Numbered from the stretch's first letter, positions 1 to 8,303 are shown. The stretch is DNA of 13,385 nt from Thermodesulfobacteriota bacterium (GCA_039715015.1 JBDLIE010000069.1:1-13385); one strand, 5' to 3'. Program-made: numbers and translations. The notes: generated from the sequence alone by a model not told the origin.

Positions 1-319
1 GTTTACAAGGGGCAGGTCATTTATTTTCTGCTGACAGACATTATGTCTCGCATTCGCTCAGACAGTCCACAATGCTTTTCCCTTGCCCAGCTCCCTGCTT
101 GTTCAGGGCTGAATGGGGGGAAGGCAAAACCAAAACATCTAAAACCAGAAGTTCCACGGTAATCCGTGATGAACATAAAAAAACAGCAGGGCTGTTTGGG
201 GCGGCGTTTTTCCTGAAATTCGGGAAAAATGTTTTCGGAAATCCGGAAAGAGAGAGCAGAGAGATTGTTGGCAAGAGACTCAAGGTGTAATGGCTTGAGG
301 GGCGAGATTGGCCAGGGGC

Positions 320-781
320 TTACCTTTCCCCTTCGCAGCCTTTTTTACCCTGTCTTTCCAGATAGGAATAACGCAGCAAATCAACCGCGGTAATATCGCC
401 CATGATGCGGCCTTCATTATCCAGGACGGCCATCTCTTTGACCCGGGCGCAGGCCATGCGTTCAAGGACCTCGTCCACGGCTTCGTCCGGATAAGCGGCG
501 ATGCTCTTTTTGTCCATCAGATGCTGGGCCGTCTCAGCGGTGATTTGCCCCAAGATGCCATGGGCATGGATCGTGCCCTCGTAATGGTGGGGATAGATGT
601 GGCGGAGCAGGGAACCCACGGAAATAGTGCCTCTCAACCGCTTATCAGCATCCACCGCATAGACCAGCCGGGTATGGGGAAAATGCGCCATGATCCCTAT
701 CACCTCGTCGATGTGACTTTCGTAATCTATGCAGGGGATATCCCGGGGGCCGATACACGCCAAAACATCACGTATTTTCAT
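320..781 (-). CDS. CBS domain-containing protein (tandem CBS pair), ~153 aa
   Basis: C-terminal part of ORF 320..1024. ATG at 781 (MKIRDVL) is preceded by GGGAG. Two CBS-like motifs: VYAVDADKRLRGTISVGSLL and MAVLDNEGRIMGDITAVDLL. Start overlaps the end of the antiporter gene. Confidence 0.85.
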   Translation of the reverse strand: MKIRDVLACIGPRDIPCIDYESHIDEVIGIMAHFPHTRLVYAVDADKRLRGTISVGSLLRHIYPHHYEGTIHAHGILGQITAETAQHLMDKKSIAAYPDEAVDEVLERMACARVKEMAVLDNEGRIMGDITAVDLLRYSYLERQGKKGCEGER

Positions 782-2006
782 AACGTTCTCCCGAACCGAT
801 TTCGCCTGCCCGGCCAAGGGCCCATTTGACCAAGGGCGGGGCAACCAGTTCATTGATAATGACCGAGGCCAGCATGCCATTGAGCAGCACCTCGTAGAGG
901 TCTGCCGGTAGATAGGGGCGCACCAGAAAAATAAGCGCCAAGGAAAGGCCCGCCTTGGGCAGGAGGGTGATCCCCAGATATTTGCCGATAACGGGCGGCG
1001 CTTTAGAAATCCGGGCTCCGACAATGGTGCCGGTCAGTTTGCCGGTAAAGCGGCCCAGCATCAGAGTGATACCCAGAAGGGCCGCCACATTGAAGAGAGC
1101 GATATCGAAATGGGCGCCGGCCAGGGTGAAAAAGAGGCAGTAGAGAGGTTCCTCAATGGTTTCCAGCTGCAGGAAGAGGCCATTGCTTCGTTTGCGGCGG
1201 TTCACATAGACAAAGCCCATGCACAGGTTGGCGAGCAGGGGCGAAAAGCCAAATTGGAGCGCTGTGCCGCTCTCCAGGAAGATTGCGCCCAGGACCACGG
1301 TCATGCTGACCTCCAGCCGCTGCCTTGAGGGGATCAGGTATTGCAGGGCCAGGCCGCCAAGGGTGCCCATGGCCAGCGCTCCGCCGATTTCCCAAACGCC
1401 ATGAAGCAGGCCCAGATCAGTATCGCCCACCTGGAGGAGGTAGCCGGCCACACTGACGGCCCCGGAAAAGATCATGATTGTCAGGGCATCGTCGAGGGCC
1501 ACGACCCCTAAAAGGGTGGTGGTCAACGGACCGCGGGCCCGTAGTTCGTGGACCACGGCCATGACCGCGGCCGGAGCGGTTGCCGCGGAGATAGCGCCCA
1601 TGAGTAAAAGGGTGGAAAAAAAGGCGGCAGGGCCATGGTCCAGGAGAGGAGGATAAAAAAAGCTTGCGGCAGAAAGGGCCAGCGCAGCACAGACCATTGC
1701 CCCCAGCCCCTGGGTAAGGGTGATCCACAAAATAGGTTTGCCCAGGGCCCTGACGTTTGCCAGCTGCAGGCTGCCGCCGATGGCAAAGGCGATAACGGCC
1801 AGGGCCATGTTCGCGACAATCGCCAACAGCATTTCGATCTGGCCCATGGCGAAAATACCGCTAACCGACGGCGAAAAAACGACACCCGCCACGACATATC
1901 CCGTGACACGGGGCATGCGCAGCCGGTTTGCCGCAAAACCGGCCAAGGAGCCGGCAAGAAGCAGGATGCCCAGTGGCAGGAGGGGATGATGGGGGAGATG
2001 ATCCAT
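768..2006 (-). CDS. Cation:proton antiporter, CPA2/Na_H_Exchanger (KefB-like) family
   Basis: Many hydrophobic segments. Family motifs RLRMPRVTGYVVAGVVFSPS, AISAATAPAAV, GVVALDDA, FFTLAGA and GRFTGKLTG. Start placed at MDHLPH (ATG 2006, AAGGTG upstream). Confidence 0.9.
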   Translation of the reverse strand: MDHLPHHPLLPLGILLLAGSLAGFAANRLRMPRVTGYVVAGVVFSPSVSGIFAMGQIEMLLAIVANMALAVIAFAIGGSLQLANVRALGKPILWITLTQGLGAMVCAALALSAASFFYPPLLDHGPAAFFSTLLLMGAISAATAPAAVMAVVHELRARGPLTTTLLGVVALDDALTIMIFSGAVSVAGYLLQVGDTDLGLLHGVWEIGGALAMGTLGGLALQYLIPSRQRLEVSMTVVLGAIFLESGTALQFGFSPLLANLCMGFVYVNRRKRSNGLFLQLETIEEPLYCLFFTLAGAHFDIALFNVAALLGITLMLGRFTGKLTGTIVGARISKAPPVIGKYLGITLLPKAGLSLALIFLVRPYLPADLYEVLLNGMLASVIINELVAPPLVKWALGRAGEIGSGERYENT

Positions 2007-2114
2007 GGCGTCGCACCTTTTGCGTTGCACTTGTTAGACAATCATCATACAGGCAGTTCTGCGGTAAAAGCAAGTCAGGGGTCAGGTGGTTCTCTCATCC
2101 TGAAAATCTTTTAA

Positions 2115-2140
2115 CCCCCTCTCCCCCAGGGGAGAGGGGG
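2115..2140. terminator. GC-rich inverted repeat CCCCCTCTCCCC-ca-GGGGAGAGGGGG; possible terminator, stabiliser or REP/BoxC-like palindrome
   Basis: Perfect 12-bp arms, 11 nt downstream of the CapA-family stop codon. No clean U-tract follows. Confidence 0.5.
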
Positions 2141-2151
2141 AACACGGAAGA

Positions 2152-3429
2152 TCAATCTTTGGTTTGCGGTGTTTTAGGTTGTTTGTTCCACCTGAGGATC
2201 AGGGTGTTGTCCTGCGTTAGTTCGACCCGGCTGTTCAGTTCTTTTCCTTCCCGGTTGAGGGTGTCGCGCAGCCAGCGGCCATCTGCCTGGGAGGCCCGGT
2301 TCACCTTTAAATTTCTGGTCTGGGTCGGACGCATACGCAGGGCGCTTAGCTCGCCGCTGGCAGGGTCCATACTGACAAAGTAGATCAGGGCCAGGTCACC
2401 GCGATATTGCTCATGACCGCTGATCCCCTCGTAATCGTTGAGAAAATCGCCGCAGCCATAAAGGATGGGCCTTTGACGGTAGACCTCGATTCCCATGACA
2501 TGGTGGGAGGAGTGGCCGTAGATGAGGTCCACCCCGGCTTCATCGATCAACCTGTGGGCAAACTGGCGTTGCTCGTCGGAAATGGCATAGCCCCAGTTGT
2601 CGCCCCAGTGGATGGAAAAAACGATGATATCCCCGGCTTGCCTCAACACCTGGACCTGCCCTTTAATGTTACGAATCGCCTGGTCGGAAAAACGGTGCAA
2701 AAAATTTACTCCAGGCCTGTTGGCGGTGGCAGCCCAGTCATAAGGTATGCCGCTGGTCGGTGAGCCCATGGAAAAGACAATAACCCGCCCCTTACCAGGA
2801 ACTTGCAGTAAGGCCGGGGCTGCAGCCTCTTTCACGTTGCGGCCGGCTCCGACCCTTTCTACCTTTAGCTTCTGTAACGTTGCCAGGGTCTCATCAAGAC
2901 CGGCATAACCCCAATCAAGGACGTGGTTATTGGCCAGGACACAGAGATCTATTTTGGCCGTATTAAAGACAGGGGCGTTGGCCGGATGCATCCGGTAGTT
3001 GATGCCCTTGCCCGGCCAGTAATCTGGGCTTACGGTAATGCTTGTCTCAAGATTGATGATGCGCAGGTCCGGCGCCGTGTGCTCCAGCTCGGCAAGGGCA
3101 TCTCCCCAGATATAGGAAAAATCAACGGGCCGAGGGATGGGGCCGTACGCTGCCTCGGCAATCTCTACATAGCCCCGGGCATCGCGCATGTAGGACTCAT
3201 ACAGGATGGGGTTGCTGGGATGCGGCAGGATCTGGTCGATGCCGCGACCGGTCATGACATCGCCGCAGAGGAACAGGGTGATATCTCTGCTGTCTTTCTG
3301 CCTGGCCTGTACCTTTTTTGTCTTCATGTGCATCCCTCCCTGCCCCTGCTTGACGGAGTGGACAATAGTCAGCCCTGCCGCCGTGGCGGCAACCATAAAT
3401 AGTGTAATAACAAGGAGTCGCGAAATCAC
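2152..3429 (-). CDS. CapA family (PGA_cap, calcineurin-like metallophosphoesterase) protein with N-terminal signal/anchor
   Basis: Motifs GDVM, INLET, LANNHVLDWG, SIHWG, GHSSHHV and YGCGDF. GTG start with GGAG upstream. Hydrophobic N-terminus. Confidence 0.9.
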   Translation of the reverse strand: MISRLLVITLFMVAATAAGLTIVHSVKQGQGGMHMKTKKVQARQKDSRDITLFLCGDVMTGRGIDQILPHPSNPILYESYMRDARGYVEIAEAAYGPIPRPVDFSYIWGDALAELEHTAPDLRIINLETSITVSPDYWPGKGINYRMHPANAPVFNTAKIDLCVLANNHVLDWGYAGLDETLATLQKLKVERVGAGRNVKEAAAPALLQVPGKGRVIVFSMGSPTSGIPYDWAATANRPGVNFLHRFSDQAIRNIKGQVQVLRQAGDIIVFSIHWGDNWGYAISDEQRQFAHRLIDEAGVDLIYGHSSHHVMGIEVYRQRPILYGCGDFLNDYEGISGHEQYRGDLALIYFVSMDPASGELSALRMRPTQTRNLKVNRASQADGRWLRDTLNREGKELNSRVELTQDNTLILRWNKQPKTPQTKD

Positions 3430-3476
3430 CTGTCTCCACCTAATTTTCAGCCATACAAAGAGCTGCCTTGCTGCTT

Positions 3477-4463
3477 TTACTCAGGCAGCAGGGCACGCTC
3501 TATTAAAACAGGGGCGTCGATCAGCCCCTGTTCAACCATGATCTTCTCTGACTGCTGCCAGGCCGGGATATCGATCCGGCCGAAGGGACGCTCCTTGGTC
3601 AACATAAGCTCTCGGGTGACAACAAGCTGTCTGGCGATGGTCTCTTTCGGGGTGTCTTGGTCGAAACGATGGACCAGGGCAACGGTCTTTTCTTTGTTGG
3701 CCGGGGCCAGGGCCGCCTGCCAGGCTTCCAGCAGGGCGCGACGAAAGGCTCTCACCGTCTCAGGCTTCTCTTCAATCATTTTCCTGGTGGTAAGCACTGA
3801 ATTGGCCACGAAACGGATGCCAAAATCATCAGCCGCGAAAAAATCCGTGGTCTCGCCGGCCCGAGCCAGCCGCTCGCCAATGACAATGCCCTCGGCGTTT
3901 CGATAGATGGGCCACAGATCCACCTCGCCCCGGTAAAAGGGGGTGTAGTCGTAGCGCACGCTGAAAAGCCTGAGCGCCTCACTTTCTATGCCGTGTTTGG
4001 CCAAAAGAGCACGCATGATCGTCTCGTCGTTGCCGCCATAGGTGATGCCCACCGTCTTGCCCCGGAGATCCTGGGGAGTGGCAAAGCGCTCTTTGCCGCC
4101 CCGGTGGATCCACTGCAGGGGATTGCCCTGGAAGAGCTGGGCGATGACCACAATGGGCGCCCCCTTGGCCCTGGCCCGGATCACCTGATCGGCCGAGGCC
4201 ACCCCGAACTGGGCCCTGCCTATCTCCAGCTCCTTGATGGCGTCGCGCTCCGGCCCTCCCGGCTTGACGGCCACGGCGAGACCGTGCTTGGCAAAGATGC
4301 CATGTTCCTGGCCATAGAGATCGCCGGCCACGCTGATGTTATAGAGCCACTTGAGCCGGTAGGTCAGCTCTGGGGCGGGGGACCCTTGGTCTTGGCAGCC
4401 GGAGAGCAGGGCCAGCAGGCAGAGTATGGCCCCCGGAAAAAGGGTACGGACAGACAACGGCAT
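3477..4463 (-). CDS. ABC transporter substrate-binding lipoprotein, NMT1/THI5 (SsuA/TauA-like) family
   Basis: ATG 4463 after GGAGG, with TAATG overlap on the permease stop. Lipobox LLALLSGC. Motifs LKW, GIFAKHGLAV..KPGGP, AQFGVASAD, ARAKGAPIVVIAQLFQ and TPQDLRGKTVG. Confidence 0.88.
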   Translation of the reverse strand: MPLSVRTLFPGAILCLLALLSGCQDQGSPAPELTYRLKWLYNISVAGDLYGQEHGIFAKHGLAVAVKPGGPERDAIKELEIGRAQFGVASADQVIRARAKGAPIVVIAQLFQGNPLQWIHRGGKERFATPQDLRGKTVGITYGGNDETIMRALLAKHGIESEALRLFSVRYDYTPFYRGEVDLWPIYRNAEGIVIGERLARAGETTDFFAADDFGIRFVANSVLTTRKMIEEKPETVRAFRRALLEAWQAALAPANKEKTVALVHRFDQDTPKETIARQLVVTRELMLTKERPFGRIDIPAWQQSEKIMVEQGLIDAPVLIERALLPE

Positions 4464-5227
4464 TATTTCTTTCCTCCCGGCAGGAGGCCCATTTTTTTTT
4501 GAATGAGCAGCCCCAGCCACTCAAGGCAGGCGAGGTAGAGCGAGGTGAAGATGCCGATCAAAAAGAGGGCCACCAGCACCTTGGCGATGTCGGACTGATA
4601 GAGGGCGATGCGCAGGCTGTAACCGATACCGGCATCGGCCCCGATGAACTCGGCGATGATGGTGCCGACCATGGCCAGGGTAGCACTGCCGGTGACCACG
4701 GTGACCAGCTTGTGGATGTTCTCAAAGGCGCGGATCTTCACCTCAAGCTGCCAGCGCATGCGGCCGGTGGTCACGTAGAAATGCTCGATGTCGGCCACCG
4801 GTTCGGTGAGGATGCCGATGAAGGAGAGGAGCAGGGGGAAGTAGCAGATAATGGCGGCGATCAGGAGACGAGTTGGCAGGCCGTCGCCCAGGAGGATGAA
4901 GATGATGGGGGCCACGGCCACGATGGGGTAGGCCTGCAGGTTGTAGGCCGCCGTCTTGATCATGGTGCCCAGCAGGTTGGCCAGGCGGCCGGCTATACCC
5001 ACCACTGTGGCCAGGGCTATGGCGAGCAGATGGCCGATAATGGCAACGGCCAGGGTATTAAGCACGGCCAGGAGATAGCGCTCCATGACCTGGACAGCGG
5101 TGCTGCGGATATCGCTAAGTCCGGGAATGACATAGTCGGACAGGTCGAGGCAATACTTGGCGACAAGAAGCAGGCCAAGGCCGAGAAGGTAGATAGCCAG
5201 AAACTGGGAGAGTCGCTTATGCAGCAT
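4463..5227 (-). CDS. ABC transporter permease (SsuC/TauC-like, BPD_transp_1)
   Basis: Start MLHKRLSQF overlaps the ATPase stop. About 6 TM segments, with LQAYPIVAVAPIIFILLG and IIAEFIGADAGIGY motifs. Confidence 0.88.
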   Translation of the reverse strand: MLHKRLSQFLAIYLLGLGLLLVAKYCLDLSDYVIPGLSDIRSTAVQVMERYLLAVLNTLAVAIIGHLLAIALATVVGIAGRLANLLGTMIKTAAYNLQAYPIVAVAPIIFILLGDGLPTRLLIAAIICYFPLLLSFIGILTEPVADIEHFYVTTGRMRWQLEVKIRAFENIHKLVTVVTGSATLAMVGTIIAEFIGADAGIGYSLRIALYQSDIAKVLVALFLIGIFTSLYLACLEWLGLLIQKKMGLLPGGKK

Positions 5228-5909
5228 GGACGATCTCCAGCATGGTCCGCTCCAGGGCCGCCTGCTCCATCTCCCTTTGGGGGAAATGATCCTGGCCGCC
5301 CACCTCCACGACCTGCGGGGCCTTGGCCGGATCACGCAGGACAAGGATGCGCTGGCAGAACTTGGCGACCTCGGCCACGGAGTGGGAGATGTAAAGGAAG
5401 CATTTTTCCGGGAACATGGCCTTGATGGTCATGATGATCTGTTCCCTGGTGGACTCGTCCACATTGGCCAGGCTCTCGTCCATGATGAGCAGATCAAAAT
5501 CCTGGAGCAGGTAGCGGGTGAGGTTGGCCCGGTTTTTCTGGCCCAGGGAGAGCTGGGAGAAGCGGGCATCGAGACAGGAGGTGAGATCAAAGGCTTCCAC
5601 TATCTCGGTGAGCAGGGGCAGACGCTCCCTGGGGATCACCTTGCGCAGATGGGCACCGACGCTGGACCAGCCGGGCAACCGCTCGGTGTTGGCCGAGTAG
5701 AGGATGCTGATCCGCTCAGTGCCTGTCATCTCCCCCCCATAGGAGCTGATCTCGCCGGCCATTATCCGGGCCAGGGTGCTCTTGCCCACGCCGGAGGGGC
5801 CGAAGAGGCCGTGGAAGCCCGGACCGCTCAGGCCGCAGCCTAAGGCGTTAAAGATCTCCGCCTCGCCACGGGGATAGCGGTAGGTTATGTTGCTGCATTG
5901 CAGGTTCAT
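5217..5909 (-). CDS. ABC transporter ATP-binding protein (SsuB/TauB-like)
   Basis: Walker A GPSGVGKS, signature-like LSLGQ, Walker B LLIMDES, H-switch YISH. Confidence 0.9.
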   Translation of the reverse strand: MNLQCSNITYRYPRGEAEIFNALGCGLSGPGFHGLFGPSGVGKSTLARIMAGEISSYGGEMTGTERISILYSANTERLPGWSSVGAHLRKVIPRERLPLLTEIVEAFDLTSCLDARFSQLSLGQKNRANLTRYLLQDFDLLIMDESLANVDESTREQIIMTIKAMFPEKCFLYISHSVAEVAKFCQRILVLRDPAKAPQVVEVGGQDHFPQREMEQAALERTMLEIVHAA

Positions 5910-6194
5910 GTCTTGTCAGTTTTCTTTTTGCCGCCTTTTGGCGGCCCCCATAAACCGTTTTAGTTCAGGGCAATGACCTATGATAGCAGTTCTTGCCGCA
6001 TAATGTGAACCTGCAAAGCGAAATGGAGCCAAGGAGCCTCGGCGGGAGCCAATGGGGAGGGAATTTTGATCTTCATCTTTACGGCGGTGCGGACCAGATG
6101 ATTTCGGTGGCGCGTAAGACACGATGCAGCCCCCGTAACTATAAGAAAAAAAATAATGGAGCATTCCGACAGGAAATTGAGGCGCAGCAAGTCA

Positions 6195-6311
6195 AAGATG
6201 CCGTTGGCGCTGAGTGCTCCTTGTTCAAACAGTATTGCCAGCAACAGTCTTGATGGGGTAAGCAATGGTTTTGTTGTGGAGATCCAGGACAATGTAGTAA
6301 ATTATTTCCAT
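6195..6311 (-). pseudogene. IS110-family transposase N-terminal remnant (frameshifted, truncated)
   Basis: AAGGAGG RBS, then ATG 6311 giving MEIIYYIVLDLHNKTIAYPIKTVAGNTV* (stop 6225-6227). Similarity appears to continue in another frame as EQGALSAN. Resembles the IS110 DEDD RuvC-like start YIGLDxHKKTIxYC...G. Recognised by eye. Confidence 0.65.
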
Positions 6312-6421
6312 AAGAGCCTCCTTGTGGGTCTGACTTGGGCGAGTTATGCGCCCCCGCCTAGCCATGATGAGCTTTCTGCCACTCACTCCTTTCACTCTTT
6401 ACCATGGGGTTTTACTGAAAC

Positions 6422-8095
6422 ATGACCTTGCTTGGCCGTTTTTTCATCTTTGTTTTCATGCTCACAGGGCAGCTGGCGAGCTCTACTCTCTCTTTGGCGG
6501 CCCCTGCGGAGATCCAGAACTACCTGCGTAAAATGATTGAGGCGGAAGCAGGCAACGGGCAGTTCATCTGCCGGGGCCAGGCGATATGCGCCGCCCCGAT
6601 CATTCCTCTTTTTTATGAGAGGCGCGCCTTTCAGCCCTGCTGGAGCCGTAACGGCCAGATTAGCGCCAATGCCGCCGAGCTTATCGATGCCCTCAGTAAT
6701 GCCGATGCAGAAGGACTGCGGCCGGCCGATTATCACCTCTATACGATCAGGTTGCTGCTCAGCAAGCTTGATCGGCTGCAGGGAGAGGGGAACTTTCTTG
6801 CCTCTGAAGAGCTGGTTGACCTCGACCTGCTCCTTACCGATGCCTTTTTTTTGTACGGCTCTCACCTTCTCAAGGGCAGGATAAACCCTGAAACCATCGA
6901 TGAGCAATGGGTCTCGGGTGATTCTACGGCCGATCTTGCAGCAATTCTGGAGGAGGCTCTTAATTCCCGAGGCCTGGCAACCGCTCTCCAAAGGCTGCGG
7001 CCGCCCCATGACGGCTACAGAAGGATGATCGAGGCCCTGGCCAACTTGCGTGATATCGCCAGCAGGGGTGGCTGGCCGGTTGTTGGAACCGGTTTTAGCC
7101 TCCAAAAAGGGGTGCGCCACCGGAGGGTTTACGCTTTACGGCAGCGCCTCATGCTTTCAGGGGATTATGATGCCTCGGTGATAACCAGTGAAAACCTTTT
7201 TGGTGAAAAACTGGATGCTGCTGTCTACCGCTTTCAGAAGCGGCACGGCCTGGAGACCGACGGCATCGTCGGCCCGAAGACACTGGCCGCCCTCAATGTC
7301 CCTGTTGAAATCCGCATGCGACAAATAAAGACGAATATGGAACGTTGGCGCTGGATCCCGCATGATCTCGGCAGGCGCTATATCCTGGTCAATATCGCTG
7401 ATTTCACCCTCAAGGTTTTCGATAATTCTCAAAAGGTCCTGGAGTCGCGGGTTGTGGTGGGAAAGCCCCACCGGAGTACGCCGCTTTTCAGCGACAGCGT
7501 CGAATATCTGGTTATCAATCCATACTGGTACCTTCCTGAAACCATCATCGTTGAAGACGTGGCACCGAAAATTATATCAGACCCTGATTATTTAGCGCGG
7601 CAAAGGATAAAAGTTTTTGCCATGGGAAGTAATGAGAGGCAGGAGCTTGACCCGGCTGCGATAGACTGGGCTGGGATCAGTAAGGAGAATCTGCCCTATA
7701 AGCTGCGGCAGGAGCCGGGTCCCTTGAATGCCCTTGGCCGGGTCAAGATCATGTTCCCCAATAAATTTTCCATTTACCTGCATGATACGCCCAGGCAGGA
7801 GCTGTTTCAGAAAACAGCCCGGGACTTCAGCTCGGGCTGTATCCGGGTGGAAAATTCTGTTGAGCTCGCTTCCTATCTCTTAGGAAATGATCCCCTCTGG
7901 AGTATGGAACATATCATCGCCAAGATGGAAAGCGGCCAGCGTCAGGGCGTTACCTTGCCGGAACAGATGCCAATCCACATTCTCTACTGGACGGCATGGG
8001 GTGACGAGGAGGGGAGAATGCACTTCAGGAAAGACGTCTATGATCGGGATAAGCTGCTGGCGACAGCGCTTGACGGCATGGTTTCGCCGCCTTAG
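6422..8095 (+). CDS. L,D-transpeptidase, YcbB/LdtD family (scaffold + peptidoglycan-binding + YkuD domains)
   Basis: Signal peptide. PG-binding motif AVYRFQKRHGLETDGIVGPKTLAALN. Also NMERWRW, VVVGK...TP, NPYW, RQEPGPLNALGRVK and catalytic IYLHDTP...SSGCIRV. Confidence 0.95.
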   Translation: MTLLGRFFIFVFMLTGQLASSTLSLAAPAEIQNYLRKMIEAEAGNGQFICRGQAICAAPIIPLFYERRAFQPCWSRNGQISANAAELIDALSNADAEGLRPADYHLYTIRLLLSKLDRLQGEGNFLASEELVDLDLLLTDAFFLYGSHLLKGRINPETIDEQWVSGDSTADLAAILEEALNSRGLATALQRLRPPHDGYRRMIEALANLRDIASRGGWPVVGTGFSLQKGVRHRRVYALRQRLMLSGDYDASVITSENLFGEKLDAAVYRFQKRHGLETDGIVGPKTLAALNVPVEIRMRQIKTNMERWRWIPHDLGRRYILVNIADFTLKVFDNSQKVLESRVVVGKPHRSTPLFSDSVEYLVINPYWYLPETIIVEDVAPKIISDPDYLARQRIKVFAMGSNERQELDPAAIDWAGISKENLPYKLRQEPGPLNALGRVKIMFPNKFSIYLHDTPRQELFQKTARDFSSGCIRVENSVELASYLLGNDPLWSMEHIIAKMESGQRQGVTLPEQMPIHILYWTAWGDEEGRMHFRKDVYDRDKLLATALDGMVSPP

Positions 8096-8303
8096 CAGGC
8101 TGTTGGAAAACTACTGCAGGCGCTGATGCTGCGTCTGCCCCTCAAGGGGGCAGCGAGGAAAATTCGGCCTAAACTGCTCACCTACTGTGGTAAGCTGCAC
8201 CCAAGGCTACTCGAAGTCTGCGCTTGTGCGCCCCATGTTTCACCCTCAAGGGGTACTCACGCCTTGTCTCAGCTTCGTTTGCTACGTTTTTCAACAGCCT
8301 GCT
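8094..8303. mobile_element. MITE-like non-autonomous element (~210 bp) with 18-bp terminal inverted repeats
   Basis: AGCAGGCTGTTGGAAAAC (8094-8111) and GTTTTTCAACAGCCTGCT (8286-8303) are 17/18 inverted matches. No transposase inside. Confidence 0.7.

Noticed and set aside
73..88. GG-N10-GC on the minus strand (GGGCAAGGGAAAAGCA) as a sigma54 promoter
   Set aside because: Spacing fits but it lacks TTGC, and the downstream gene is outside the window; too weak to call.
41..290. Short ORFs 41..283 (-) and 72..290 (+)
   Set aside because: No recognisable motifs or good RBS; the region is palindrome-rich and looks intergenic.
782..1024. N-terminal 81 aa of ORF 320..1024
   Set aside because: Overlaps the antiporter CDS in another frame; the CBS protein starts plausibly at ATG 781 with an RBS.
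4499..5843. Long plus-strand ORFs 4499..5425 and 5226..5843 (likewise 308..829 and minus-strand 6392..7120)
   Set aside because: Antisense shadows of GC-rich genuine genes, with no domain motifs.
5910..6190. TPP riboswitch expected upstream of an NMT1/THI5 transporter
   Set aside because: No CTGAGA...ACCTGA core found on the minus strand, so a thiamine-precursor role is unsupported.
5916..6292. ORFs 5916..6164, 5978..6292 and 5993..6253 as genes
   Set aside because: Mutually overlapping with no family features; part of 5978..6292 is better explained as the shifted frame of the IS110 remnant.
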